Origin: a bacterium
GTDB taxonomy: Bacteria > Desulfobacterota > DSWW01
Length of the DNA stretch: 34,140 nucleotides
NCBI GenBank assembly: GCA_040756235.1
Contig: JBFLZG010000104.1
Location: 1 to 34,140 of the forward strand
Direction of reading: 5' to 3'
The notes beneath the pieces were generated by a model. The model was not told the DNA's origin and did no database searches. It saw nothing but the letters and a program-made list of their open reading frames with translations. Both the position numbers and the translations under genes were made by a program. Shown one piece after another: positions 9,033-18,325 of this stretch (its first letter is position 1; each line of letters starts with the position of its first letter).

Positions 9033-10667
9033 ATGCTGGAAGGGTCGAACAGGCCGTCAGAAAGTGCTTGTCCGCCGGTTCGCGCTCCGTCCTTTCGCCT
9101 CGCGCAAGGCGTAAAGCCCCGGATGAGGCCCCTGCGTGCTTCCACCGCCTTGCGGCTGCTTCTCAGCGCTTCTCTTTGCGTGATGCTCACAGGGAACCCC
9201 GCGCGGGCCTTGGACGGGCAGGATCCCCCGGTGACGGCCCTCGATCCCGGCGGCGGGATTCCCTGGGCCGACGAATTCAAGATCTGGAGCCCGCAGGGCA
9301 TGGGCGACCGCCAGAACTCTTGGATCTGGAGCCTGCAGTGGTGGAACGGGCGCCTTTACGCCGGGACCAGCCGGGCCCCGATGTGCGTGAATCTGCGGAC
9401 GGCCAGCATCGGCATTCCCTTCTTCCCTTACGAATCGCCCGATCCGGACCTGGAGTGCACGCCCGACCCGAACGACCTTCCCTTGCGCGCCGAGATCTGG
9501 CGCTGGGATCCGATGGCGGACCTGTGGGAGCGGGTCTACCGGTCTCCCGAGGACATCCCCATCCCGGGCACGGACAAGAAGGTGGCCCGGGACATCGGGT
9601 ATCGGGCCATGGAGGTTTTCCGGGAGCCTGACGGCACCGAAGCCCTTTACGTGAGCGGGGTCACCTCCAGGCCGATCCACCACGACGAGCCCAGGCCGCC
9701 GGGCGCGCGGATCCTGAGGAGCACGGACGGAACCCGCTTCGAAGCGGTCCCCCAGGACCCGGGCACCTACCTGGGCGATATCGAGAACGCCAGCTTCCGC
9801 GGCATGGCCTCGTACAAAGGCCGGCTCTTCATCCTGGCCGGGACCTACACCGGGCCGGGCGTGGTGCTGGAGAGCGCAAACCCTCGTGCCGGCAACGACT
9901 CCTTTCACAAGGCCTCGCCGCCCGGCATGCGGGTCATGGAGATCGAATCGTACAACGGGCACCTCTACTTCGGCCTTCGCGACACGTCCGGCCTCGGGTA
10001 TTCGGTCGTCAGAACGGATGCCGAAGGCGAGCGGCCCTACTCCTTCACCACGGTGGTGCCGCCCGGAGCGGGCATCACGGTTTCGCCCAACACGGACGTG
10101 CTGAGCATGGTCGAGTTCAAGGGGTACCTCTACTGCGGAGGGAACGCCATCGGCAACGATCTGGGCGCCCCGCCGGACATCGGCGAGCCCAAGACCCTGG
10201 CCCTGAGGGACGCTCCGCCGCCTCCGCCGGAGGTGAACGAGTATCTCAAGGGCGCAGAGCTCATCCGCATCGGGCCGGACGACCGGTGGGACCTGGTCGT
10301 GGGCCGGCCCAGGGACACGCCGGACGGATACAAGGTCCCGCTGAGCGGGTTCAGCTCGGGATTCAATTACCCGTTCAACAATCATTTTTGGAGAATGGCC
10401 GTTCACGACGACGTCCTCTACCTCGGCACCTTCGATTCGAGCACCGTGTACAAGGAGATTCTCCCGCTGACCGACTTCGTGGGCGAGCTCATGGGGTTCG
10501 ACCTGTACGCTTCCAGCGACGGGGTCCACTTCCGCTCCATCACCCGCAACGGCTTTGGAGACCGCCTGCAGTGCGGCTGCCGGAGCCTGGCCTCCACCCC
10601 ATACGGCCTCTTCCTCGGGACCGCCACCTTCTATTACGGCGCCTTCGTGTACAGGCTCGCGCCCTGA
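9033..10667 (+). CDS. Secreted beta-propeller-like hypothetical protein (start may be 8952, 9033 or 9123)
   Basis: Signal-like MRPLRASTALRLLLSASLCVMLTGNPARA; repeated blades WNGRLYAGT, YKGRLFI, YNGHLYFG, FKGYLYCG, HDDVLYLGT, PYGLFLGT. Confidence 0.75.
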   Translation: MLEGSNRPSESACPPVRAPSFRLAQGVKPRMRPLRASTALRLLLSASLCVMLTGNPARALDGQDPPVTALDPGGGIPWADEFKIWSPQGMGDRQNSWIWSLQWWNGRLYAGTSRAPMCVNLRTASIGIPFFPYESPDPDLECTPDPNDLPLRAEIWRWDPMADLWERVYRSPEDIPIPGTDKKVARDIGYRAMEVFREPDGTEALYVSGVTSRPIHHDEPRPPGARILRSTDGTRFEAVPQDPGTYLGDIENASFRGMASYKGRLFILAGTYTGPGVVLESANPRAGNDSFHKASPPGMRVMEIESYNGHLYFGLRDTSGLGYSVVRTDAEGERPYSFTTVVPPGAGITVSPNTDVLSMVEFKGYLYCGGNAIGNDLGAPPDIGEPKTLALRDAPPPPPEVNEYLKGAELIRIGPDDRWDLVVGRPRDTPDGYKVPLSGFSSGFNYPFNNHFWRMAVHDDVLYLGTFDSSTVYKEILPLTDFVGELMGFDLYASSDGVHFRSITRNGFGDRLQCGCRSLASTPYGLFLGTATFYYGAFVYRLAP

Positions 10668-10690
10668 CGGTCTCGAGGACCGCCCCGGAG

Positions 10691-11608
10691 TTGAAATTGG
10701 AAACCGTTTCCTGCAACATTTGCTCCTCCTGCTCGCAGACCCGCCTGACGCGATGTCGCGACCAGGTCTTCGGCCATTCCGAGGAATTCCAGCTCGTCCG
10801 CTGCAACGACTGCGAGCTCGTCTACCTCAGCCCGCGCCCCGAGAAGAACGAGATGGGGAAATATTATCCGCCCGGCTACCAGCAGGAGATCCGCAAGCTC
10901 ATCGATCGGCTGAGAGGCGACCCGATCCTGCGGCGCGGGCTCGAGATGCTCGCCAGACGGAGGCTTCCGCCGCGGAAGCCTCCGGGGCGGGTGCTCGAGG
11001 TGGGCTGCTCGTTCGGGGATTACCTCGGCTACCTGCGGCGCAACGGCTGGGACGTGGAGGGGATCGAGTTGGACCCTGACGCCTCGCGCTACGCCCGGGA
11101 GGCAGACCTGGCCGTGCACGAGGGGGACGCCGAACGGATCCTGCCGACCCTTCCCTCCGGCCGGTTCGACGTGGTCGCCCTCTGGCACCTCATCGAGCAT
11201 CTCTACGATCCGCTGGCGGCCCTGCAGGAGATCGGGAGGGTGCTCAAGCCGGGGGGCCTGCTTCTGATGGAGCTTCCGAACTTCGCGAGCCTGCTGGCCG
11301 GCCGTCTGGGACAAGCCTGGTTCCCGCTCGAGGTGCCGCGGCACCTGTACCACTTCACTCCGGTCACGATCTCCCGGCTGCTCTCCCGGGCCGGCTTTGC
11401 GGGTGTCTCCGTGCGGTCTCTGCCGGCGCCCGAAGCCATCGTCTGGAGCCTCCGGCTCTTGAGAAAGAGAGCTGGCTCGACCTCCATGCAGGCGCAAGAC
11501 TTCCTGCGTTTGAACCCGCTCCTCGCCGCGCTCTTCTTCCCCCTGAGCTGGGTGTTGAGCCGGATGGGCAGGGGAGATCACATGGCGGTGAGGGCCACGC
11601 GGCCATAG
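10691..11608 (+). CDS. Class I SAM-dependent methyltransferase with N-terminal Zn-binding motif (start approximate)
   Basis: CNIC...CNDC; VLEVGCSFG motif I; FDVVALWHLIEHLYDP; LKPGG; PRHLYHF. Confidence 0.88.
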   Translation: MKLETVSCNICSSCSQTRLTRCRDQVFGHSEEFQLVRCNDCELVYLSPRPEKNEMGKYYPPGYQQEIRKLIDRLRGDPILRRGLEMLARRRLPPRKPPGRVLEVGCSFGDYLGYLRRNGWDVEGIELDPDASRYAREADLAVHEGDAERILPTLPSGRFDVVALWHLIEHLYDPLAALQEIGRVLKPGGLLLMELPNFASLLAGRLGQAWFPLEVPRHLYHFTPVTISRLLSRAGFAGVSVRSLPAPEAIVWSLRLLRKRAGSTSMQAQDFLRLNPLLAALFFPLSWVLSRMGRGDHMAVRATRP

Positions 11609-11659
11609 GGCGCCGGGATCCTCGGCCACGACGGACCTGTTGGAAAGGAGCTCACGGGA

Positions 11660-12973
11660 TTGACGGACAAGAAGCCCAACATCCTCCTTATAACGATCGA
11701 TTCCCTGCGGGCGGACCACCTGGGCTGCTACGGATACCGTCATCCGACGAGCCCCTGCATCGACCAGATGGCGCACGAGGGAGCTCTTTTCGAGCGGTTC
11801 TTCTGCCCCGCGGTTCCGACGCATCCCTCCTACACCACCCTCTACACGGGACAGCACCCGATCACCCACAACGTGGTGGCCCATCACGGCAAGAACGACC
11901 TGGCCCGCAACGCCCCTTTCCTGCCCCAGCTCCTGCTTTCGGGCGGATACACCACCTGCGCGGTCGATGATCTGATGCGGCAGCGGCTGTGGCTGGGCCG
12001 GGGCTACGAGTTCTACATCGACCCGAGCGTCCGCCATCCCCTCGTCATCACCGTCACGCGGGAAGAGCTGAACCGGCGCGCCGTCCCCTGGCTCAGGGGA
12101 CACGCCCGGGACCCGTTCTTCCTGCTCCTACACTACTGGGACCCCCACTACCCGTACGTGCCGCCCAAGGCGTATCGGAAGCTCTTTTACGAGGGCAACC
12201 CGACCGACCCCCAGAACCGCTCCCTGCAGCCGTGGTGGAAGCACCCCATGGGGTCCATGGCCAAGGACATCTGGCTCCGCACTCCACAGGGGCTGATCAC
12301 GGATGCCGACTACGTGCGCGCCCTCTATGACCAGGAGATCCGGTATCTCGACGACGGGGTCGGAGAGTTGCTGGAGACTCTGCGTGCCCTCGGCATCGAA
12401 GAAGACACCGTGGTCATGCTCCTCGGAGACCATGGAGAGAGCATGACCGAGCACAACGTCTTCTTCGACCACTACGGTCTTTACGAATGCGTGTTGCGCC
12501 CGCCCCTCATCGTTCGTTGGCCCGGCCGGATCCGGCCCGGGACGAGGCGGACCGAGACGGTGCAGCACCTGGACGTGGCGCCGACCCTGCTCGAGGCCGC
12601 AGGCCTGGCCGTCCCGCCGGCCATGGAAGGAAAGAGCTTCCTGCCGATGCTCCTGGAACGGCCCTGCGAATGGAACGCCAGCCGGGTGATCGGCCTCGAA
12701 TGCACCTGGCAGGCGAAGTGGTGCCTGCGGACGGCTCGTTACAAGTACATCCTGCCCCGCCTGCCGGCAGACGAGGGGCCGGAGCTTTACGACCTGGGGG
12801 AGGACCCGCAGGAGTTGCACAACCTTGCCTCGAGCCGGCCGGAGCTCGCCCGGGAAATGGAAGACGAGCTGGAGGGCTGGATCCGGGAGCGGCTGAAGGC
12901 GCTCGGCAGAGCAGAAGATCCTCTCGTGGCCCACGGCATCAGCCTGAACCGGATCATGGACGGCTTTGCCTGA
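11660..12973 (+). CDS. Sulfatase-like hydrolase/transferase
   Basis: KPNILLITIDSLRADHLGCYGY, PTHPSYTTLYTG, HYWDPHYPY, GDHGE, FFDH, ELYDL..DP.E; AAAGGAG before TTG. Confidence 0.9.
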   Translation: MTDKKPNILLITIDSLRADHLGCYGYRHPTSPCIDQMAHEGALFERFFCPAVPTHPSYTTLYTGQHPITHNVVAHHGKNDLARNAPFLPQLLLSGGYTTCAVDDLMRQRLWLGRGYEFYIDPSVRHPLVITVTREELNRRAVPWLRGHARDPFFLLLHYWDPHYPYVPPKAYRKLFYEGNPTDPQNRSLQPWWKHPMGSMAKDIWLRTPQGLITDADYVRALYDQEIRYLDDGVGELLETLRALGIEEDTVVMLLGDHGESMTEHNVFFDHYGLYECVLRPPLIVRWPGRIRPGTRRTETVQHLDVAPTLLEAAGLAVPPAMEGKSFLPMLLERPCEWNASRVIGLECTWQAKWCLRTARYKYILPRLPADEGPELYDLGEDPQELHNLASSRPELAREMEDELEGWIRERLKALGRAEDPLVAHGISLNRIMDGFA

Positions 12974-13050
12974 AAGACGCGACGCCTGCGGAAGGTGAAG
13001 CGTGAAAACGCAATGGGCCTTCTTCAACAGCGTGTGAAAGGGTTCGAGTG

Positions 13051-13431
13051 ATGACGGAACGAGACCTGAAAGCAGTCGCTCTCGCCTACCTGGAAGCATT
13101 CGACCGACGGGACCTGGAGCGCTGCATGGAGTTTTTCGTCTCCGATGCGGTGATCCACTTCGGGCCGGGCGTCTACGCCGGCCGGGACGCCATCCTGGAG
13201 TGGCACAGGGACCGGTTCGAGGCGGATCTCAGGCTCACGCGCCTGGATCGGGTCGTTCTCGAGGGGGACACCGTCTCAGCGAACGTGAACGCGGTCTCCG
13301 ACAAGATCAAGCTCTACGGAGTGGACAGCGTGGACGCGAAGGTGTCGCTCGCCTTCCGGGGCGAGAAGATCCGGGAAGCCTACTTCTCCCTGCTCCAGGG
13401 CAGCACGCTGGAATCTTTTCTGGAGAGATGA
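13051..13431 (+). CDS. SnoaL-like / NTF2-fold protein
   Basis: About 126 aa; YLEAFDRRDLE..FF..DAVI...GRDAI pattern and C-terminal FRGEKI. Confidence 0.8.
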   Translation: MTERDLKAVALAYLEAFDRRDLERCMEFFVSDAVIHFGPGVYAGRDAILEWHRDRFEADLRLTRLDRVVLEGDTVSANVNAVSDKIKLYGVDSVDAKVSLAFRGEKIREAYFSLLQGSTLESFLER

Positions 13432-13435
13432 ATTC

Positions 13436-14995
13436 ATGAAGGCGGCCCTCGCAGGCACCGCTGCGCCGGATCGGGAGCCCGTGAGCGAACCCGCCGGCAT
13501 CTCCCGGGTCTCCGCCAGCGGCCCGGACTTTCGCTCCCGGCGGCGCGCGGCCTCGGTCCCGCTGCGCGTCAAGCTGCTCTACGGCGCAGGCGACGTCGCC
13601 AACTCGGTCAAGATGGTGCTGTTCGGCCTGTTCACGCTCTACTTCTACACGACCGTGATGGGGCTTCCGGCCAAGTGGGTGGGCGTGGCGGCGTGGCTCG
13701 TGATCGTCTGGGACGCTGCAATCGATCCTTTCATCGGGCACTTCTCGGACCGGACCGCATCTCCGAGATGGGGGAGGCGCCACCTGATGATGCTCGTGGG
13801 CGCCCTGCTGATGGGCGTCCTTTTCGCCTCCTTCTTCGCACCTCCCAGGGGCCTCTCCCCGCTTTCCCTGTTCCTCTGGTTCCTGGGCACCAGCCTGGCT
13901 TTCCGCACCGCCAGCTCGCTCTATGGGATTCCGTACTACGCGCTGGGAGCCGAGCTCAGCCAGGATTACTACGAGAGGAGCCAGATCACGGGGCTGCGCA
14001 GCGCCTGGGGCCTGATCGGAACCCTTTGCGCGGCCACCCTGCCATTCCTCCTGTTCTTCCCCGACGTCCCGGGCGGAGCGGACCCCAAGCTCCGCTACGA
14101 AGGGTATCCGGCGATGGGACTCGCCTTCGGACTGGCCATGACCGTGGCCGGCCTTCTCGCATGGAGCGGGACCTGGCCTTTCCGGAGCTCCGGCGACCCG
14201 GCCGGGCTTTCCCAGGGCTCTCAGCAGTCGGCAGGCCTCTTCCGTGACGTCGTCACGTCGTTGAAGAACCGATCGTTCCGGGCCATGCTCCTGGGCTTCT
14301 CTCTCTTCTTCCTCGGGGTCGTCTTGAACGGGAATCTCTCCCTGTACTACCTGACTCATTACGTGCGCATCGAGTCCAGCAAGGCGATCAGCGTCTTCCA
14401 CCTCGCCTTCTACGCAGGGGCCCTGGTGGGTGTCTGCTTCTGGACGCCTCTTTCGAAGAGGACGGAGAAGAAGCCGCTCTGTCTCCTTTCCACGCTGCTC
14501 ACGACAGGGATCTTGTGCGGGTCCTACGTCCTTTTCGGGGAAGGGCACCTGTTCGGGGTCGGCCGCATCGTCCCTCTCGCGCTCGGGAACGCCATGGCCG
14601 GCTTCTTCGCGAGCATCCTGTGGATTCTGCCTCCCTCGATGATCGCGGACGTGACCGACGAGGACGCCTGCTCGACCGGCAAGCGCAGGGAGGGCAATTT
14701 CTTCGGCATCTTTTACTTCGGCCAGCAGATCGCCGGAGCCCTTGCCATGCTCCTCGGCGGTGTGCTCGCCGAGGAGTTTGCAGGGCTTGCGCCGGGCCAG
14801 GTCGAGCCGTCGGCGGAGACGGTCCGGCGGCTGGCCATGATTTACGGCCCGCTGCCCGCAGGCATCCTGCTCGTTTCCGCGGTGCTCGTTCTCCGCTATT
14901 CCCTGGACCGGCAAAAGGTGGAGGCCTTCCAGAAGCAGCTCCTCAGCGATGAGGAGGGCCTGCTGGACGCGAGGGCCTCGGGGAGGGAACCATGA
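13436..14995 (+). CDS. MFS transporter, GPH (MelB-like) family
   Basis: KLLYGAG, WDAAIDPFIGHFSDRT...WGRR, IPYYALGAELS.DY.ER, SMIADVTD, GKRREG; many hydrophobic segments. Confidence 0.9.
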   Translation: MKAALAGTAAPDREPVSEPAGISRVSASGPDFRSRRRAASVPLRVKLLYGAGDVANSVKMVLFGLFTLYFYTTVMGLPAKWVGVAAWLVIVWDAAIDPFIGHFSDRTASPRWGRRHLMMLVGALLMGVLFASFFAPPRGLSPLSLFLWFLGTSLAFRTASSLYGIPYYALGAELSQDYYERSQITGLRSAWGLIGTLCAATLPFLLFFPDVPGGADPKLRYEGYPAMGLAFGLAMTVAGLLAWSGTWPFRSSGDPAGLSQGSQQSAGLFRDVVTSLKNRSFRAMLLGFSLFFLGVVLNGNLSLYYLTHYVRIESSKAISVFHLAFYAGALVGVCFWTPLSKRTEKKPLCLLSTLLTTGILCGSYVLFGEGHLFGVGRIVPLALGNAMAGFFASILWILPPSMIADVTDEDACSTGKRREGNFFGIFYFGQQIAGALAMLLGGVLAEEFAGLAPGQVEPSAETVRRLAMIYGPLPAGILLVSAVLVLRYSLDRQKVEAFQKQLLSDEEGLLDARASGREP

Positions 14996-16269
14996 CGCAC
15001 GCAAGTCCGCTCGCAAAGCCAGTGGGGGCGCATCCGCGAAGCTCGTCGCTTCGCGCAGGGCTGGCCCTGCCGATCCTCGTCGCCGTTGCGCTCTGCGGCC
15101 CCGTGGAGGCAGCGGCACAGGCCGCTCCTCCGCCGCAGCCCGCTCAGGGTCCCGGCGGGAGCCTGTATCCGTACGGGGGCGTGACCACCATGGGGCCCTA
15201 CTATCACCCCTGGCATCCCGATCAGGAGACCTACCAGTACTACATCTTCGAGCCGGCGGACCCGCGACCGGACATGGCGCCGGTCGTGCTCTTCATCCAC
15301 GGGTACCGAGCCTATTCGCCTTACGCCTACAGCCAGTGGATCGGCCACATCGTGCGCAAGGGCTTCACCGTCGTGTGGGTCAATTACGACATGGGAATCA
15401 CGGCCCCCTGGGGATACGCCATGTACGTGGAAGCGAACTGGAAGGATGCCCTCAGGCGGCTGGACGATTACTGGTGGGAGGACCACGTCCTGCCGATGAA
15501 GGATCCGAGCTGGCAGATCATGACGGCCATCGTGGGTCATTCGGCCGGAGGGTACCTGGGCCCGATCGTTGCGGCCCATGCAGCCGATCCGCAGAATGGG
15601 ATGCCCGTTCCGTACGCCGTGGTCTCGATCCAACCCGGCGGGCTCGGGCTCATCCCGAAAGCCGAATTCTCGACCATCGACCCGTCCACCAAGCTCGTGC
15701 TCGTGGTGAGCGACGAGGACGACATCGTGTGCAAGAGCACGGCCCAGTACCTCTGGGAAAACATGCCCCAGATCCCGGACGGCAACAAGGATTTTCTGTT
15801 CCATCGCTCGGACCGTCACGGCGAGCCCCAGCAGGTCGCGAACCACTTCTTCCCGAACACGAGCGGCTGGTCGGACACGGCCGCCGTCGATGCCAGGGAC
15901 TTCTTTATCACCTACAAGCTTTCAGTAGGCCTCCTGAGCTGCGCCTTTTACGGGCTCCAGTGCGGCTACGCCGTCGGCCAGGGCAGCCCCGAGCAGATCG
16001 ACATGGGCCGCTGGAGTGACGGACAGGCGGTTACGCCGCTGCAGTGGCTTGCCGACCCCGCGGCGCTCCAGACGACCTGCATCGACAAGTTCCAGGATCT
16101 CCCTCCATGGGGAGCCGACCAGGCGCAGTCGGCGACGCGCTACGGCCCGGAGGCGGCGCGGCGCTCCGTGCCTCTGAACGCCCTCCTGCCGCTGGCCGCA
16201 TTGCTGGTCTTCCTCAGGCGGAGGAGCCGGCGACGGCGACTGAACGGCTCATCTCCGCGTGCCATCTGA
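14992..16269 (+). CDS. Secreted alpha/beta hydrolase with C-terminal hydrophobic and basic tail
   Basis: Signal-like segment ending VEA/AAA; VLFIHGY, GHSAGG, DDIV, ANHF; ends LLPLAALLVFLRRRSRRRR; ATGA overlap with the MFS gene. Confidence 0.82.
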   Translation: MTHASPLAKPVGAHPRSSSLRAGLALPILVAVALCGPVEAAAQAAPPPQPAQGPGGSLYPYGGVTTMGPYYHPWHPDQETYQYYIFEPADPRPDMAPVVLFIHGYRAYSPYAYSQWIGHIVRKGFTVVWVNYDMGITAPWGYAMYVEANWKDALRRLDDYWWEDHVLPMKDPSWQIMTAIVGHSAGGYLGPIVAAHAADPQNGMPVPYAVVSIQPGGLGLIPKAEFSTIDPSTKLVLVVSDEDDIVCKSTAQYLWENMPQIPDGNKDFLFHRSDRHGEPQQVANHFFPNTSGWSDTAAVDARDFFITYKLSVGLLSCAFYGLQCGYAVGQGSPEQIDMGRWSDGQAVTPLQWLADPAALQTTCIDKFQDLPPWGADQAQSATRYGPEAARRSVPLNALLPLAALLVFLRRRSRRRRLNGSSPRAI

Positions 16270-16308
16270 CCAGGCAGTTTTCAGGATCCGGGGGCGGAAG
16301 GAAACACC

Positions 16309-17526
16309 ATGCGAACGAGTTGCGACAGCCTTTCTCATGCGGTCGGCATTCCCTCCGGGCGCGGTCACGCGTTGCGGACGCGCACCACATGGGCGGCCCT
16401 TGCCGGTCTCCTTCTCCTGCCGCTGTCCTTTCCGTCGCGTGCGGCGGCGCAGGAATACAAGGTGACGGCGTTCAAGATCATTTCCCAGAACGGCGGCCGA
16501 GTGGACTGGGACCCCTCCGGAAGCGACCGCATCGCCTTCGACAAGAAGAACGCCGACGGCTTTTACGATGTCTACACGATCCGCTCCGACGGAACGGGGC
16601 TCGTGAGCCTGACCGACGGCCGCGCCGGCATCTGGCAGCGCCAGAACGGCAACCCCGCCTGGCACGCTTCGGGCAAATACATCGTCTTTCAGTCCGAGCA
16701 CCCCGAGCACGTGCTCATGAACGACAAATGGTCGCCCGACCCCGGCGTGGGCGTCCACTGCGAGCTCTGGGCCACGAACCCGGACGGCTCGAGCTTCTGG
16801 CAGCTGACACAGCATGAGGTCAAGAAGCGGATCCTCTTCGACGACACGGTCGCCATGGGCGTGCTCAACCCGAAATTCACCCGGGACGGCTCCACCCTGC
16901 TCTGGACGGAACGGTTCAGCAAGGGGGGCAAATGGGGCCGGTGGCGGATCTGGATGGCCGACTTTGTCGTGGACCCTCAGAAGGGGCCCTCCCTGCGCAA
17001 CCAGCGGGTCGTCTTCACGCCTACCGAAGCGATGGGCCATTACGTCACCTGCATGGGCATGACCCTGGACAAGAAGAAGCTGCTCTTTGCCGGGGGCCTG
17101 AGCGGGCAGGACGAGTTCGGCATGGATCTCTACCTGTTCGATCTGGCTTCGAAGGCGCTCGTCAACCTGACGAACGACCCCAACGAATGGACGGAAGGGT
17201 CGGCCATCACGCCGGACGGGAAGAAGATCGTGTACACCTCGAACAAGGGATATCCCCACAACTACCAGGACAAGCACTGGTACTGGCAGAAGGTCAAGCG
17301 CGAATACTGGATGATGAACCTGGACGGGAGCAACAAGCAGCAGGTCACCCACTGCAACACGCCGGGGCACCTCGAATACAGTCAGCGCCCGCTCATCGTG
17401 ACCGACTGCTCCTGGAGCCCGGACGGCAGGCGTCTGGCCTCCACCGTCGGGGAAGACATGGGAGGCCCGGAAAAGGCGGAATTCCAGCTCCGCGTGGGGG
17501 TGTTCACCTTCAGCGTGTCGCCGTAG
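16309..17526 (+). CDS. TolB-like / PD40 beta-propeller secreted protein
   Basis: Signal ..LLLLPLSFPSRAAA; blades NPAWHASGKYIVF, ITPDGKKIVY, WSPDGRRLA. Confidence 0.82.
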   Translation: MRTSCDSLSHAVGIPSGRGHALRTRTTWAALAGLLLLPLSFPSRAAAQEYKVTAFKIISQNGGRVDWDPSGSDRIAFDKKNADGFYDVYTIRSDGTGLVSLTDGRAGIWQRQNGNPAWHASGKYIVFQSEHPEHVLMNDKWSPDPGVGVHCELWATNPDGSSFWQLTQHEVKKRILFDDTVAMGVLNPKFTRDGSTLLWTERFSKGGKWGRWRIWMADFVVDPQKGPSLRNQRVVFTPTEAMGHYVTCMGMTLDKKKLLFAGGLSGQDEFGMDLYLFDLASKALVNLTNDPNEWTEGSAITPDGKKIVYTSNKGYPHNYQDKHWYWQKVKREYWMMNLDGSNKQQVTHCNTPGHLEYSQRPLIVTDCSWSPDGRRLASTVGEDMGGPEKAEFQLRVGVFTFSVSP

Positions 17527-17600
17527 AGGCTGTCCCAAAACGACTATCTGCGGCGGTTGCACTCATGGCGATGGGAGGCGGGAGGTTCCATCGGTCGCTC

Positions 17601-17814
17601 TCATTCCAGTGGAGCAATCTTTTGTAGTTCCTGCTGAGCCCGCGCCCTCTCCCAGTCAGCGAAGAGTTCCTCGCGGTGGCGTGCGGCCCATTCGATCACA
17701 AGTCCCATCGCCCGGGGCGGCAAGCGACCGGAGAAGACGGAATGAGCCGCGACCTCGCCACCGTATTCCGCATGAAAATGTGGCGGAGCCGAAAAAGCGG
17801 CTGATCTCAGGCAT
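17601..17814 (-). pseudogene. DUF4160-family protein with frameshifting internal deletion
   Basis: MPEISRFFG, then a shifted frame from about 17786 reads PPHFHAEYG...GRLPPRAMGLVIEWAARHREEL..DWERA...KIAPLE-stop. Confidence 0.85.
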
Positions 17815-18091
17815 GGGCCGGCTCATCACGCAAGGCCGGGAAAAGGTCTTCCGGTTGTTTGCCCGTTGCTCTAAGGTAGAGGGAGTCCGGGCAGAGATCC
17901 ACTTTGTCGTCCCGGACAAGCTCGCCCGAGGAACCGATCCGCACCTGCTCAAAAGCACTGTAGTCGGACCACAAAGAGAATACGCCTCTGCCAACCAAGT
18001 CGGAGAGGTCCACTACGCCACGAATTCCGCCGTCAAAGGTCAGCTCCAGGCAATAGTCGTGCGAGACTTTGACCTTGCAGACTTTCCCCAC
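17807..18091 (-). CDS. DUF2442-family protein (putative antitoxin)
   Basis: VKV..DYCLELTFDGG..GVVDL...GVF..F..V...DLCPDSLY; GGAGGAGG RBS; overlaps the DUF4160 start. Confidence 0.85.
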   Translation of the reverse strand: MGKVCKVKVSHDYCLELTFDGGIRGVVDLSDLVGRGVFSLWSDYSAFEQVRIGSSGELVRDDKVDLCPDSLYLRATGKQPEDLFPALRDEPAHA

Positions 18092-18201
18092 GGTCTCCTC
18101 CTCCTCCTTCCCTTCTCATGATACCACCCGACGGGGCGTCTGGGAGACCGCCGATGGTCAGCGGTCAGAGCCACTCATCTCGCCCGCAAGAGACCTTCGT
18201 C

Positions 18202-18278
18202 TTCTACCAGTCAGAGGTTAGCGGCCACATCGCAAAATCGCAAATTTGTGGTGCCGCCAGTCTCACGTCATGTTTGAA
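18202..18278 (-). other. Degenerate attC-like site
   Basis: Minus strand TTCAAAC...GAGACTGGCGGCACCACA...TGTGGCCGCTAACCTC...GGTAGAA; both R boxes deviate from RYYYAAC/GTTRRRY; 48 nt past the lipoprotein stop. Confidence 0.4.
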
Positions 18279-18325
18279 GATGAGATCTTTATCGTTCACC
18301 TTCAACATAGAAGCCACCCCGCCCA

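Noticed and set aside
13002..17556. Short motifs GGGCCTTCTTCAACAGC (near 13015) and GAGGCTGTCCCAAAA (near 17526) as ends of a mobile element
   Set aside because: They are not inverted partners of each other and have no target duplication; at most isolated repeat remnants.
1307..17562. Many long antisense or alternate-frame ORFs (e.g. 13307-15118, 9057-10529, 3206-4675)
   Set aside because: They shadow GC-rich genes with clear family motifs and have no motifs of their own.
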